From: Nitratidesulfovibrio vulgaris str. Hildenborough
GTDB lineage: Bacteria; Desulfobacterota; Desulfovibrionia; Desulfovibrionales; Desulfovibrionaceae
Direction: 5' to 3'
Assembly: GCF_000195755.1 (NCBI RefSeq)
Contig: NC_002937.3
Location: 2,940,001 to 2,972,000 of the forward strand
Length of the DNA: 32,000 nucleotides
The translations under genes and the position numbers were made by a program. The first letter of the stretch is position 1; each line of letters begins with the position of its first letter. The notes beneath the pieces were generated by a model, which had not been told where the DNA came from, searched no databases, and saw only the letters and a list, made by a program, of their open reading frames with translations. Positions 6,324-13,961 of this stretch are shown piece by piece.

Positions 6324-7400
6324 ATGACTTCCCAACTGTCTTTTTCCTTCATCGACCTGTTTGCTGGCATTGGCGGCATAAGGCTAGGCTTCGAAGCTGC
6401 AGGGGGCCGTTGTGTCATGTCGGCCGAATACGACAAGTATGCCCAGAAAACCTATCGGGCCTTCTTTGGTGAATCGCCCGATTTCTCAGAAATCATGTCT
6501 GTTTCGCCTCCTGGCGATATCACTAAGCTACCTCCGCACCTTGTACCAGATCACGACGTGCTTACCGGCGGCTTTCCCTGTCAGCCGTTCTCTCTGGCAG
6601 GCGTATCAAAGAAGCAGTCACTAGGCCGACCTCACGGCTTCGACGACCCCACGCAGGGAACCCTCTTCTTCAACGTGAAGGAGATCATCAAGAGCAAGCG
6701 GCCCAAGGCCTTCATGCTTGAGAACGTCAAGAATCTGTGTAGCCACGATTCCGGGCGAACGTTCCGTGTCATCCGGGAGTCTCTTGAGGGACTCGGCTAC
6801 AGGATGCACTACCGTGTCATTGATGCCCGTGACTGGATTCCCCAGCATCGGGAACGTATCTTCATGGTCGGCTTTCGCCTGCCGGAGGCTTGCCCTGCTG
6901 GCGCGCAGAAATGGGATGTGAAGGATTTCGACTTTGGGAAGGTCTCCAGGCGGGGGTCCCAGAAAGACCTTGAAAGCGTGATCGAGCCGGACGTGCCTGA
7001 AAAATACACACTGGGACCGGGAACGTGGAATACCCTGGTGAGGCACAAAGCTAATCACGCGGCCAAGGGCCAGGGCTTTGGCTACGGCATGATCACCCCC
7101 CCCTTCGCAGGACAGACGACTCGCACTCTCTCTGCCCGTTACCATAAGGACGGGGCAGAGATTCTTGTTGCCCAGCCGGACAGGCCGCGGCCTAGACGCC
7201 TGACCCCCCTGGAGTGTTGTAGACTGATGGGTTTTCCGAAGGAGTGCCAGCGCTGGTTTGACAGAAGGGATGAGGCGCATCCGCAGCCAGTCTCTGACTG
7301 TCAGGCCTACAGACAGTTCGGGAATTCGGTCGCCGTTCCAGTTGTGAAGGCCATTGCCCGGGCAATGGCAGAAGCCTTGAAGCGCAACGGTGCCATCTGA
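6324..7400 (+). CDS. dcm: DNA (cytosine-5)-methyltransferase, Dcm-like
   Basis: m5C methyltransferase motifs are present: FIDLFAGIGG (I), GGFPCQPFSLAG (IV), ENVKNL (VI), QHRERIFMVG (VIII), QFGNSV (X). It is divergent from the EcoRII-like gene and is followed by vsr. Confidence 0.95.
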   Translation: MTSQLSFSFIDLFAGIGGIRLGFEAAGGRCVMSAEYDKYAQKTYRAFFGESPDFSEIMSVSPPGDITKLPPHLVPDHDVLTGGFPCQPFSLAGVSKKQSLGRPHGFDDPTQGTLFFNVKEIIKSKRPKAFMLENVKNLCSHDSGRTFRVIRESLEGLGYRMHYRVIDARDWIPQHRERIFMVGFRLPEACPAGAQKWDVKDFDFGKVSRRGSQKDLESVIEPDVPEKYTLGPGTWNTLVRHKANHAAKGQGFGYGMITPPFAGQTTRTLSARYHKDGAEILVAQPDRPRPRRLTPLECCRLMGFPKECQRWFDRRDEAHPQPVSDCQAYRQFGNSVAVPVVKAIARAMAEALKRNGAI

Positions 7401-7408
7401 CAATCACC

Positions 7409-7819
7409 ATGGCGGACATCGTTGACAGCGCAACGCGCAGCCGGATGATGTCCGGCATAAAGGGGCGCAACACAAAACCGGAAAGACTTGTCCGGTCGTA
7501 TCTTCATGCAGCGGGGTTTCGCTTCAGACTCCATCGCAAGGATCTCCCCGGCTGCCCGGACATCGTACTCCCACGCTACAGGGCTATCATTTTTGTTCAC
7601 GGATGCTTCTGGCATCGCCATGAAGGCTGCAATCTTGCTTCCTTCCCGGCAACAAGAGTCGACTTCTGGGAAAGCAAATTTGCCGCCAATGTGGAGAGAG
7701 ACCGCAGAAATGAAACAGCTCTTGCCGAGGCTGGCTGGCGGGTCATCATTATCTGGGAATGCCAGATCAGGGCAGGAGAACTCTCCTGGCTGCCAGACGC
7801 AATCACGGGACAGGGATAA
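7409..7819 (+). CDS. vsr: very short patch repair endonuclease
   Basis: RSRMMSGIKGRNTKPERLVRSYLHAAGFRFRLH...LPGCPDIVLPRYRAIIFVHGCFWHRHEGC...FW..KF..N..RD...GWRVIIIWEC is the Vsr family signature. It starts 8 nt after dcm. Confidence 0.95.
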   Translation: MADIVDSATRSRMMSGIKGRNTKPERLVRSYLHAAGFRFRLHRKDLPGCPDIVLPRYRAIIFVHGCFWHRHEGCNLASFPATRVDFWESKFAANVERDRRNETALAEAGWRVIIIWECQIRAGELSWLPDAITGQG

Positions 7820-7835
7820 CCGGCAGGGAGGAGCC

Positions 7836-8699
7836 ATGCTTAAAATCGTGGGCTATCACAAGCGGACATGGCCTTTCGGCCCCGCAACCCTCCAGGAGGC
7901 AGCTGCCCACTTTGATGTCAAAGGTCTTTCGGTAGCAGGCTCTTACAGCCTTCATACAGAATATGCTGCAGGTTGTCGGCAATTCAGGAACACGGCCCTG
8001 AATGCCTTGGGTGCCATCACGGCAGCACACCAGCGAGGTATCCCGCAACTCTGGAAAAGCAAGGAGTGGGCAAACCAGTTCGCAGCCTTTGTGATTGAGT
8101 TGACCCAAGAAGCCATGCCTCCCGAAGTGATCGAGATCCACCCCCCCTTCAATGATTACTGCCCTTCATTCAGTGACCTTATCTTGCGTTACAAAGCGTT
8201 TGAGTCTGAAATTGCAAGAGTGTATCCCTCCAGCCTGATCGTAATCGAGAATCGTCATGGCACGCGCTACACCGGTGGCAAATTTCTTGTTAGCCGCCGT
8301 GAAGATTTGCTGGCGCTGACAGACCTGCTTGACGCAACAGACCTTTCGCTCAATCTTTGCCTTGATGTCCCGCAGCTCTTCTCCGCCCATTTCGGCCCTG
8401 CCCCACGGACCGAAGACGACATCGACAGGGTACTCACCCCTCTCATGGAGTGCCGCCACCGCATCACCTCGGTTCACATGTGGGGCAAGAAACGGAACAA
8501 GCGAGGGGGCATGCAGGCCCACTATGGCACGCTGGATACATGGCTCGGCCCAGAGCTGAAACGGCACTTGCTGCGACGCCTGCACGAACTTCTGGACGAT
8601 GACAGGACTCGCTATTTCGTGCCTGAGGTCAACGGCAGCCAGAGCGATATGGACGCCCTAGCAAAGGACATGATCGAAGCCGGCTTCACCTTCTGCTGA
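7836..8699 (+). CDS. xylose-isomerase-like / endonuclease IV-like TIM-barrel protein
   Basis: ATG 7836 is preceded by GGGAGGAG. The upstream part of track ORF 7488..8699 overlaps vsr and is rejected. Strand-end motifs EIHPPF, VIENRHG, LCLDVPQLF, SVHMWG, QAHYGTLD and FVPEVNG fall in the order of the metal-ligand motifs of the AP endonuclease 2 (Nfo/UvdE/xylose isomerase-like) fold. One His is replaced by Gln. Confidence 0.6.
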   Translation: MLKIVGYHKRTWPFGPATLQEAAAHFDVKGLSVAGSYSLHTEYAAGCRQFRNTALNALGAITAAHQRGIPQLWKSKEWANQFAAFVIELTQEAMPPEVIEIHPPFNDYCPSFSDLILRYKAFESEIARVYPSSLIVIENRHGTRYTGGKFLVSRREDLLALTDLLDATDLSLNLCLDVPQLFSAHFGPAPRTEDDIDRVLTPLMECRHRITSVHMWGKKRNKRGGMQAHYGTLDTWLGPELKRHLLRRLHELLDDDRTRYFVPEVNGSQSDMDALAKDMIEAGFTFC

Positions 8700-8706
8700 C
8701 CACACC

Positions 8707-9135
8707 ATGGACATGAAAGACCACTCGAAGGAATGCATCTTCTGCGCCCTGCAGCACTCCCCGCACATGGTGCGCGAGAACGCCACCTGCTACGCCATCC
8801 GCGACAAGTATGCAGTGACAGAGGGGCATCTACTCATCATCCCCAAGCGCCACACCGAAGACTACTTCAGCCTGACGCAGGCCGAAAAACGCGACGCCGA
8901 CGCCCTGTTGCGCGAACTGCGCGATGAACTGGCCAGTGCCGATGCCTCGATCAGCGGCTTCAATGTCGGTGTGAACTGTGGCGAGGATGCCGGACAGACG
9001 ATCTTTCACGCCCACATACATCTCATTCCCAGACGCAAAGGCGACACGCCCGACCCACGCGGTGGCGTGCGGGGCGTCATCCCCCACCGCATGGCCTACC
9101 CATCACCACCACTCACAAAAAACACTGTCATTTAA
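8707..9135 (+). CDS. HIT-family nucleotide hydrolase/transferase
   Basis: CIFC...GHLLIIPKRH...NCGEDAGQTIFHAHIHLIPRRKGD..DPRGGVRGVI contains the histidine triad HxHxHxx. It starts 7 nt after the TIM-barrel gene. Confidence 0.9.
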   Translation: MDMKDHSKECIFCALQHSPHMVRENATCYAIRDKYAVTEGHLLIIPKRHTEDYFSLTQAEKRDADALLRELRDELASADASISGFNVGVNCGEDAGQTIFHAHIHLIPRRKGDTPDPRGGVRGVIPHRMAYPSPPLTKNTVI

Positions 9136-9440
9136 GGGAAGTGACAAAGATATGCATAGGCTCCATATCTAAAGGGAGGAAAACATGGCAGCAGCTAGCA
9201 CCTGACGCCATGCCCACTAGACATGGAGGCAGCATGCATTTCACCAAAGGCGACATGGTGTTTTTGTGGCAAATTGTATCCGCTTTCGTCATGTGGCGCT
9301 TGTCGCGTTTTTAGCGCGCTCGCCAGCAGAGGCTCAACGGAAACCGACGGCTACTTCAGGCACGGTTCGGCGGATCCCCCCAACGACCAGCGCAGCCAGA
9401 AAAGACATAGAGTGCTACTATGCAGCAGTTGGTACTGCCC

Positions 9441-9770
9441 TTACCCCGCCGGCCGCACATACCGGCCCTGCCGCACCTCTATGTTGCCGTGGGCCAGCAA
9501 CGCACGCACGCTACGCGGCTGCTGGCCCTTGCGGACGTCCAGTTGCAGGATGAGCAGCCTGCGCCACATCTCGGCGATGTACTCGCACTTGCGGCGCTCT
9601 CCGGGTACGACACGCCGCCAGTAGCGCAGATAGATGTAGGGCGTTCCGTCGGGCTTGCGGTGCAGGCACGGCGTACAGCCAAGGCTGAAGAGCCTCTTGT
9701 GGGGGTCGAACGGTTCACGCATGAAGGCATCATAGCGCGGAACGTCGCCCCCCAGTAGAGGCCATAGCAA
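9441..9770 (-). CDS. hypothetical protein (Cys-x2-Cys ... PYIYLRYWRR motif)
   Basis: The frame has G/C-rich third codon positions and lies directly downstream of the fibre chaperone. The track start is a TTG with a weak RBS; ATG 9722 is the alternative. GCTPCLHRKPDGTPYIYLRYWRR is reminiscent of small CxxC..GPYWY-type proteins found on mobile elements. Confidence 0.45.
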   Translation of the reverse strand: MLWPLLGGDVPRYDAFMREPFDPHKRLFSLGCTPCLHRKPDGTPYIYLRYWRRVVPGERRKCEYIAEMWRRLLILQLDVRKGQQPRSVRALLAHGNIEVRQGRYVRPAG

Positions 9771-9781
9771 CGATGGTACGC

Positions 9782-10321
9782 CTACACCGGATAGCTCACC
9801 ACCACGGACATGACCGCTTCCACCGTCTGTGCAGCTTCGACCTGTGCTTCAAGTTCAGCCCGGCGCGCGGCCAGCTTCTGCCGGGCGTAGTCCAGCCCGG
9901 TGGGGTCGGTGGTAGCCAGCAGCGCCGCCTCAACGGCCACCACGGTGGGCGTGGGGTCGGAGATGGCGACCACTCCCGCGAGGGCGGCATCATGCCCGAC
10001 GGCGATCTCCGCCCGCTTGGCGGCCTTGGTGTCGGCCAGCGGCACTTCAGGGGCGGTATCGCTCCATCCGGCAGGCAGCGGCCCAAGGTCGCGCACCGTG
10101 TGGGGCTGTCCTTCGACGTAACCCGCCTTGCCCCGGTGATCTTCGATGTGTTCCCAAATGTCCCCCGCAAGGTTCAGCACACGGGCGAACCCTTCGCGCT
10201 GTGCCGGAGGTTGTAGCGTCGTGGCATCGGCAGGCAGGGCCACCCACTCGTTCGGGGGCGTCCAGTCGATGGTCTTCAGATATTCGCGGGTACGGGCATC
10301 ATAGGTGTGAATCGTAGGCAT
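9782..10321 (-). CDS. tail fibre assembly chaperone
   Basis: AGGAG RBS is present. It lies immediately downstream of the fibre gene. The W..IEDHRGK..Y motif and Ala-rich coiled C-terminus are typical of Tfa-like chaperones. Confidence 0.65.
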   Translation of the reverse strand: MPTIHTYDARTREYLKTIDWTPPNEWVALPADATTLQPPAQREGFARVLNLAGDIWEHIEDHRGKAGYVEGQPHTVRDLGPLPAGWSDTAPEVPLADTKAAKRAEIAVGHDAALAGVVAISDPTPTVVAVEAALLATTDPTGLDYARQKLAARRAELEAQVEAAQTVEAVMSVVVSYPV

Positions 10322-10330
10322 GGGGTGCTC

Positions 10331-11146
10331 CTAGACGAGGATGAGGTACATAACGGCAACGTTGCGGGGCCGCGTTTCAATACCGCCTGTAGGCATGGTC
10401 AGCTGGTTCTCACCCGTGATGCCGGAATACGCCCACGCTGTTGACCCTGCGGTTCCGACCCGCGACGCCCGCAGGTCGTGCTGATGCGACTCGATCATGT
10501 GCCCCTGTGCGCTTCCCAACACACGCCCGGTATCAACGCCGCGTCCATGGTCCCACCCGCGCGCAAACTCGGCTCGGCGGTCTTGCAGCCGGATATAGGC
10601 ACCTGCCGCGTCACGAACACCATCCGCCGTGCATCTGAACCATGCAGGAGTTGTGGCATTACTGCCTGCTCCTGCCCATTTTCGCAGCAGACGGGGAAAG
10701 GTTGCCAGCGACACGACGCTTCCGTTCAGTTCAAGCCCAAGAGGCTTGCCATCGGTCAACGTTGGGATGGCTGCGGCTTCCCACTCGATAATGGCTCCGC
10801 CCAACATGTCGCGCATGACTGCAACCAGCTGCTTCGGCGTCACATAGCGTTCGCCGTCCGTTCCGGCCTGCGCTTCGGCATCAGTGGCGCGTTCCACAAG
10901 CCCCGCCTGTTCCGTGGTGGCCAGCGGTGCGGCCCGGTCGGTGATCATCTTGGTGATGGCGGCCTTCAGCTGGTCGTGCTTCGCCTTGTCCAGCGTGAGG
11001 CCCGCGCCTTCGACGACGCCCGAAAGCTCTTCCTGCACCGCGTTGGCCCAGTCGTCGGTGACGATGGTTGGCGGAATGCCTGCCGTGGGGTCGCCATCGG
11101 TGAAACGGTTGTCTTGCGTGGCACCGGGGCCGTCGATTCTATGCAT
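10331..11146 (-). CDS. tail fibre protein with C-terminal collar domain
   Basis: The N-terminus MHRIDGPGATQDNRFTDGDPTAGIPPTIVTDDWANAVQEEL is the conserved phage fibre N-terminus. The C-terminus ...GGIETRPRNVAVMYLI is the tail-collar motif. Confidence 0.8.
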   Translation of the reverse strand: MHRIDGPGATQDNRFTDGDPTAGIPPTIVTDDWANAVQEELSGVVEGAGLTLDKAKHDQLKAAITKMITDRAAPLATTEQAGLVERATDAEAQAGTDGERYVTPKQLVAVMRDMLGGAIIEWEAAAIPTLTDGKPLGLELNGSVVSLATFPRLLRKWAGAGSNATTPAWFRCTADGVRDAAGAYIRLQDRRAEFARGWDHGRGVDTGRVLGSAQGHMIESHQHDLRASRVGTAGSTAWAYSGITGENQLTMPTGGIETRPRNVAVMYLILV

Positions 11147-11765
11147 GGGTCGCTCCTTGCTGGGCGCTGGCTGCGCCGTAGGTGAAGATCACATGGGTGT
11201 GCGCGGGCTTCAGCCGCCTGATGACGCACTCGAGCCGCTCATGCCCCCAGCGGCGCAGGGGTTCGCCTGCCGCACCGGCACCCACGGCGAAGCCCCGCAC
11301 CGGAACGGAGGGAGCACCGATGGTGAAGGTATGCACCCACGCCCCATTGGAGAGAGGCTGGCCAACGGCGGAATGCCCCACCCTGAAAGGCCGGTACTCC
11401 CGCACGGTGCAGACGCCCCCGGCCAGCAGTGTCGCCAGTTCCGCATAGTAGTCCGGGGTCTGCCCGCCACGGGCGGAGAGACGGAGCACCACGTTCTCGC
11501 GGCGTTCGGCGATGGTCTCGCCCGGTTGCGAGCATCCGTCAGGCAGGCCGCAGACACGTTCCCACTCCGGCAGCAGGACCAGTGCCTGCGCCGGGTCCAT
11601 CTCCGCAAGCAGGCGGTGGCCCGTGGCATCCACGCGGGCGGGTTCCATGGCCAGCGCCCGCGCAAGGGCCGTGAGCACGGCCTCGGGGTCACGCGGCCAT
11701 GCCGGGCCCTGGGGCAACAGCTGCAAGAGTTGCGCGGCGTAGTCGTCTTCTGTGTAGGGTCGCAT
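11139..11765 (-). CDS. baseplate/tail protein, Mu gp48-like (DUF2313)
   Basis: YAAQLLQLLPQGPAWPRD...LLPEWERVCGLPD...ERR..V..RL.ARGGQTP.YY is the gp48/YmfQ-type signature. It overlaps the fibre gene start by 8 nt. Confidence 0.8.
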   Translation of the reverse strand: MRPYTEDDYAAQLLQLLPQGPAWPRDPEAVLTALARALAMEPARVDATGHRLLAEMDPAQALVLLPEWERVCGLPDGCSQPGETIAERRENVVLRLSARGGQTPDYYAELATLLAGGVCTVREYRPFRVGHSAVGQPLSNGAWVHTFTIGAPSVPVRGFAVGAGAAGEPLRRWGHERLECVIRRLKPAHTHVIFTYGAASAQQGATHA

Positions 11766-11773
11766 GCAAGCTC

Positions 11774-12835
11774 CTAGGCCGTGGCGAAGGTGATGTCGCC
11801 CAGTACCGGCATCTGGTGGCTGGCGGGCACGACGTCCGCCGTGGGGGACTGGAGGACGTGGTCCTCCTCACCGGGAGAGACGGAGACGGCCTCGCGCAGG
11901 TGCGACACCCTGATGACCGCACCGGGCGAGGATTCGCGGGCGAACAGGTCGCGCAGTTCGGCCCGCACCGCCGCACGCACGGCCTCGCTATCGGGCACGA
12001 GACGCACGGTGATGGGCACGGTCAGCACCTGCGGTGCGAACACCGTCACCTCGCAGGTGACCGGGCGCACGCCTTCAAGGTGCGCCTGCACCTTGGCCAG
12101 CAACGTGCTATCCGGGATGGGGCCTGAAGCCAGGCCATCGGCGACCACTGCCACCCCCACCGTGCCCGCGCCCATTCGCCCCGGGTAGACCCACGCGCGG
12201 GTAATGCCGGGCACCTCGAGTGCCCACGCCACATAGTCGGCAGCGGCCCCGCCGTGGGGCGGTTCCTGAATGCGCCGCAGCAGTCTGGCGCGAAGGCTCG
12301 CATCGTCTTCGGCATCCAGCCCGCCGGAGATGCCGTGGCCCGTCACCTGCGCCACGGGCTGCAACCCGGCCACGGGCGAGGTCAGCATGAGCGACTGCCC
12401 GGCGGCGACGTTGCCCCCCTGCCCTGCCACAAGCGCGGCCACGCTGGCCGTGACCGTCGCGCCGGCGGCGTGGCTGTCGGCCTGCACCCGGTAGAGCGTT
12501 CCGTCATCACGGCGCAGTTCCTGCCCGGCAGGCAGCACGGCCCCGGGCTGACCTTGCAGGGTCACGGTTCCCGCTGCGGCCACGGCGGGCTTGCGGCCGA
12601 TGCCCCATATCCGCGCAAGGCGCGCCAGATATTCGGCCTCTGCCGTATCCGGAAAGGGCTGCTGCGCCAGCCAGTCGAGATAGCCATAGAGCATGTGCGC
12701 CTGCCCTGCTGTAACCCGGGCCAGCACCCCGGCCACGGAACGCCGGAGGGGTTGTTCGCCGTCGAGCAGCCGCGCCGAGAGGTCGGACTCGGCACGCTCA
12801 ACCAGCGCAGGCAGACTTGGACGATCAAAGGGCAT
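11774..12835 (-). CDS. baseplate J-like protein (Mu gp47-like)
   Basis: ATG 12835 is preceded by AGGAGG. The N-terminus reads MPFDRPSLPALVERAESDLSARL. Size and position between gp46- and gp48-like genes fit. The track start 12898 adds 21 aa with no RBS. Confidence 0.85.
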   Translation of the reverse strand: MPFDRPSLPALVERAESDLSARLLDGEQPLRRSVAGVLARVTAGQAHMLYGYLDWLAQQPFPDTAEAEYLARLARIWGIGRKPAVAAAGTVTLQGQPGAVLPAGQELRRDDGTLYRVQADSHAAGATVTASVAALVAGQGGNVAAGQSLMLTSPVAGLQPVAQVTGHGISGGLDAEDDASLRARLLRRIQEPPHGGAAADYVAWALEVPGITRAWVYPGRMGAGTVGVAVVADGLASGPIPDSTLLAKVQAHLEGVRPVTCEVTVFAPQVLTVPITVRLVPDSEAVRAAVRAELRDLFARESSPGAVIRVSHLREAVSVSPGEEDHVLQSPTADVVPASHQMPVLGDITFATA

Positions 12836-12843
12836 GGTGCCTC

Positions 12844-13320
12844 CTATGCAAGGTCGAACCGGTTCGTGTCCGGACGGTAGCCGAACGTCTGTTGCCACCC
12901 GCCAGCCCCGCGCGGCAGCCGCATCTGCACCGTGATGTGCAGATGCCCCGGCCCGGCCACGCTGGCGAACACCTCAAGGGACTCCACCCGCCCCTCGTCC
13001 ACGAGCCATTGCAGTGCCTCGAGCGCATAGTCACGCGCCCGGGCGACCACTTCGGGGAGTTGCTTCTCGCGGCGCAGCAGCCACAGGCGCGAGCCGATGC
13101 GGTCCTTGCCGCTGGGCAGGGTGGCGTCGGCCCACCAGCCCCGGCGGTCGGCCTCGCCTGCGGGCAGTTCGTCGCCCCCGTCTGCAAGGCGGTCGCTGAA
13201 GAGGCTGACCACCACGGCAGAGAGCAGACCGTCATCGATGGCAAGGTCCTTGGCCCCGGCTAGGTCGGTCAGGGCGAGGTCGGCACCAAGGCTGCCGAAC
13301 GCCAGCAACAGGTCTGCCAC
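12844..13320 (-). CDS. baseplate protein, Mu gp46-like
   Basis: GTG 13320 is preceded by GGAGG. DDGLLSAVVVSLFSDRLA...RRGWWAD...IGSRLWLLRREK...ALEALQWLVDEG is the GP46 family signature. Confidence 0.85.
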   Translation of the reverse strand: MADLLLAFGSLGADLALTDLAGAKDLAIDDGLLSAVVVSLFSDRLADGGDELPAGEADRRGWWADATLPSGKDRIGSRLWLLRREKQLPEVVARARDYALEALQWLVDEGRVESLEVFASVAGPGHLHITVQMRLPRGAGGWQQTFGYRPDTNRFDLA

Positions 13321-13321
13321 A

Positions 13322-13960
13322 TCAGCCTCCGATGGGCGGCAGGGTCGCCGCGCCGTTGGTCTCCGGGTGGGTATGCGCGCGGAGTGACACGGCCCCGGCC
13401 TTGGCGTCGGCATCGGTGGTGAGGTCGCCCGTGGTATGGAGCGCGCCCTCGAAGCGGGCCGAGGCCGCGCCACCGCCAGCCCCCCGCGCAGTGAAGGCCG
13501 GAGTGGAGAAGGTAACGCCCTCTGAAGCCGTGACGCCGAAACGCTTCGTGGTCATGGTCACATCCTCTTGCGCCTCCACCTCGAGGTGCAGCGTCGACAC
13601 CTTGATGCGCCGGTCGCGCATGAGGTGGATGACGTCGCCCTCGTCGGTGTAGAGGGCCACCTCGCCGGGCTTGAGGCTCACGAGACGGTAACGCCGGTCG
13701 TCCACGGCGATGGCCACACCGTGCCCGCGGTCGGCACCGAGAAAGATCACGGCGGCCTCGGCCCCCGGGTGGGGATGCGAGGTGAGTCCGTAGTTCTGGA
13801 AACGCTCCACCCCGTCGGCCAGTTCGCCGTCGAGAAGGCCCAGTTGCAGGGCCTGCATCCTGACCCCGTCGGACACGAGCCTGACCACGGCACGGGCGGC
13901 CATGCCGCAGAGCTTGCGCTTGAAGGGGTCGAGCATCCTGTTGAAGGTGTTGCGGTCCAT
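13322..13960 (-). CDS. baseplate assembly protein V / Mu gp45-like spike
   Basis: ATG 13960 is preceded by GGAGAATAGG. ...FQNYGLTSHPHPGAEAAVIFLGADRGHGVAIAVDDRRYR...GEVALY... is the gpV/gp45 fold signature. Confidence 0.8.
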   Translation of the reverse strand: MDRNTFNRMLDPFKRKLCGMAARAVVRLVSDGVRMQALQLGLLDGELADGVERFQNYGLTSHPHPGAEAAVIFLGADRGHGVAIAVDDRRYRLVSLKPGEVALYTDEGDVIHLMRDRRIKVSTLHLEVEAQEDVTMTTKRFGVTASEGVTFSTPAFTARGAGGGAASARFEGALHTTGDLTTDADAKAGAVSLRAHTHPETNGAATLPPIGG

Positions 13961-13961
13961 C

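Larger units (their letters stand above)
1168..9135. other. mosaic defence/accessory island
   Basis: Nuclease, HD hydrolase, membrane protein and an R-M system are clustered. There are sharp compositional breaks, and the island abuts the tail-fibre end of a prophage. Confidence 0.7.

Noticed and set aside
7488-7835. N-terminal 116 aa of track ORF 7488..8699 (+).
   Set aside because: It overlaps vsr in another frame. The internal ATG 7836 has a GGGAGGAG RBS and sits 16 nt after the vsr stop.
9136-9440. Searched for a tRNA or tmRNA integration target. GGTTCGGCGGATCCCCCC at 9364-9381 looks vaguely like a T-arm.
   Set aside because: No acceptor, D or anticodon arms can be drawn around it and there is no CCA-proximal stem, so it is not a tRNA by eye. 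A covariance-model scan would be needed to exclude fragments.
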